18,729 nt of DNA, from NCBI GenBank assembly GCA_965649055.1, contig CBFGJG010000040.1, forward strand, positions 1-18,729. The letters are read 5' to 3'. Source of the stretch: a candidate division WOR-3 bacterium (lineage in GTDB: Bacteria; Hydrothermota; UBA3072; B12-G15). This document shows, one piece after another, positions 17,590-18,729 of the stretch (position 1 is the stretch's first letter; each line of letters opens with the position of its first letter). A program made the position numbers and the translations under genes. The notes below the pieces were generated by a model, which worked only from the letters and a program-made list of their open reading frames with translations, was not told the DNA's origin and did no database searches.

Positions 17590-18729
17590 ATGTCAAATGA
17601 GTTTATAGCAGAATTGCACGACATTGGAAAGCTTGCAGATAGGAATAAATTAAATCAATATCAATTAAGCGGACATACCTTTGAGAATTTTAATTTTAAT
17701 TCTCATAATATAACAACACCTGCTTCTCCTTCATGGTGGGGACAGTTCCATCATACAATAGGTTATGATGTAGATATAAATAATTGGTCTGATATCCCAG
17801 TAGAATATAGACGAGATTTATTTTTACTTATTCTTGCAGACCATTTTGCATCTTCTATTTCAAGGGTGCTGCCACAGTTAGGAAGAGGTGATCAATCGGA
17901 AGTGATTTTGAAGTTATGGAATCGTAAATTTTATGAAAATGAAAGAAAAAATGGAAAATATTGGGCTGCTTTTACAACACAAGATGAATTTAGAAGAATG
18001 TTTGAATTATTTGATCAAATAAAGTCACCTGGTGAGTTTTTAACTCAATATAAAGAGAATTTATTACTTACTCCAGAAGATAAATCTATTCCGAGAAATA
18101 TCACATCTCTTTATACTCATGTTGAATTGGTAGGGAAAATATACAGGGTTTTGAAACGGTCCGTTAAATTACAAACTGAGAATGATAAAATATCCTTAGA
18201 GTTAAACGGAAATCAGGTAAGGACTATTAATGAAGCCGAAGGTGGAAGTCGAACAACGGGAAATCTGAATATAGATAAAGGCAATTGGCAGGCAAAATTT
18301 GTAAAATGCTGGATAAAATTTCCACACTCCTTTGTAAGATTACAAGATTTAAATCTTTTATTAAGAAGGCAGCGCCTGCTTGAAACCTTTATAGAAAACT
18401 ACAAAGATTATGTAATGATTTATACCCAAGATTTTCTTTCTTTGTTCTTACCAATAGAAATTGACTTAAAAAAAATGTTTTCAGAATTTTTAGAAAACGG
18501 ATTCTTTATCGAGACTATAGAGACGATCGCTGATTTAGGTATCTTAAGCTCTAATCTTGATAAGAAATTATTAAAAGCAAGAAAAGAAAACGAAACTTCA
18601 AGATTAAGGATTTTAGAAAGAAGAGAAACGAAAGTTTATAGAAATGTTTTAATTTCTAATGGCAATGTTGAACAAATAAAACCACCAATTTGTGATATCT
18701 GTCAGGTGCAACCTGCTAAAGAAAGAATA
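17590..18729 (+). CDS. cas10: Divergent Cas10-like large subunit with N-terminal HD domain (3' truncated by window edge)
   Basis: Manual translation is open for 380 codons: MSNEFIAELHDIGKLAD...GH...FHH...LILADHFASSISR...TPEDKSIPRNITSLYTHVELVGKIYR...SFVRLQDL...YTQDFLSLFLP...PICDICQVQPA. HD at residues 10-11, later His177 and CxxC at 368-371 match type III Cas10/Csx11 architecture. ATG directly follows the cas3'' stop. Confidence 0.75.
   Translation, partial: MSNEFIAELHDIGKLADRNKLNQYQLSGHTFENFNFNSHNITTPASPSWWGQFHHTIGYDVDINNWSDIPVEYRRDLFLLILADHFASSISRVLPQLGRGDQSEVILKLWNRKFYENERKNGKYWAAFTTQDEFRRMFELFDQIKSPGEFLTQYKENLLLTPEDKSIPRNITSLYTHVELVGKIYRVLKRSVKLQTENDKISLELNGNQVRTINEAEGGSRTTGNLNIDKGNWQAKFVKCWIKFPHSFVRLQDLNLLLRRQRLLETFIENYKDYVMIYTQDFLSLFLPIEIDLKKMFSEFLENGFFIETIETIADLGILSSNLDKKLLKARKENETSRLRILERRETKVYRNVLISNGNVEQIKPPICDICQVQPAKERI

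Noticed and set aside
13228..18729. CRISPR repeat-spacer array or leader
   Set aside because: Intergenic gaps are at most about 45 nt and no recurring 25-40 nt repeat was seen; any array lies outside the window.
17590..18729. Calling the locus plain type I-D (Cas10d)
   Set aside because: A separate Cas3'' is present, and the HD motif order (HD at the extreme N-terminus, His later) is type III Cas10-like. Not fully excluded without HMM searches.

Overview
AT-rich bacterial window, probably from a diderm (TolC-like channel, YidC with periplasmic domain). All credible genes are on the + strand, in three blocks. (1) 62-8061: tripartite efflux-type operon with a TolC-like protein, a membrane-fusion adaptor and two paralogous RND permeases. 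(2) 8107-13227: housekeeping cluster rpmH-rnpA-yidD-yidC-jag-mnmE-queA. rpmH is missing from the ORF track, and rnpA is split by a frameshift that maps best to a T9 run. (3) 13272 to the window end: start of an unusual CRISPR-Cas locus with cas6, a SixA-like histidine phosphatase, a small protein plus nucleotidyltransferase pair, a split Cas3 (helicase Cas3' then HD nuclease Cas3''), and an immediately abutting ORF cut off by the window edge (17590->18729, absent from the ORF track). That ORF has the permuted HD motifs and CxxC of a divergent type III-like Cas10. Type I Cas3 genes coupled to a type III-like Cas10, with non-canonical accessory enzymes, is the most interesting signal. No CRISPR array lies in the window. 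All calls come from manual motif reading, not database searches.
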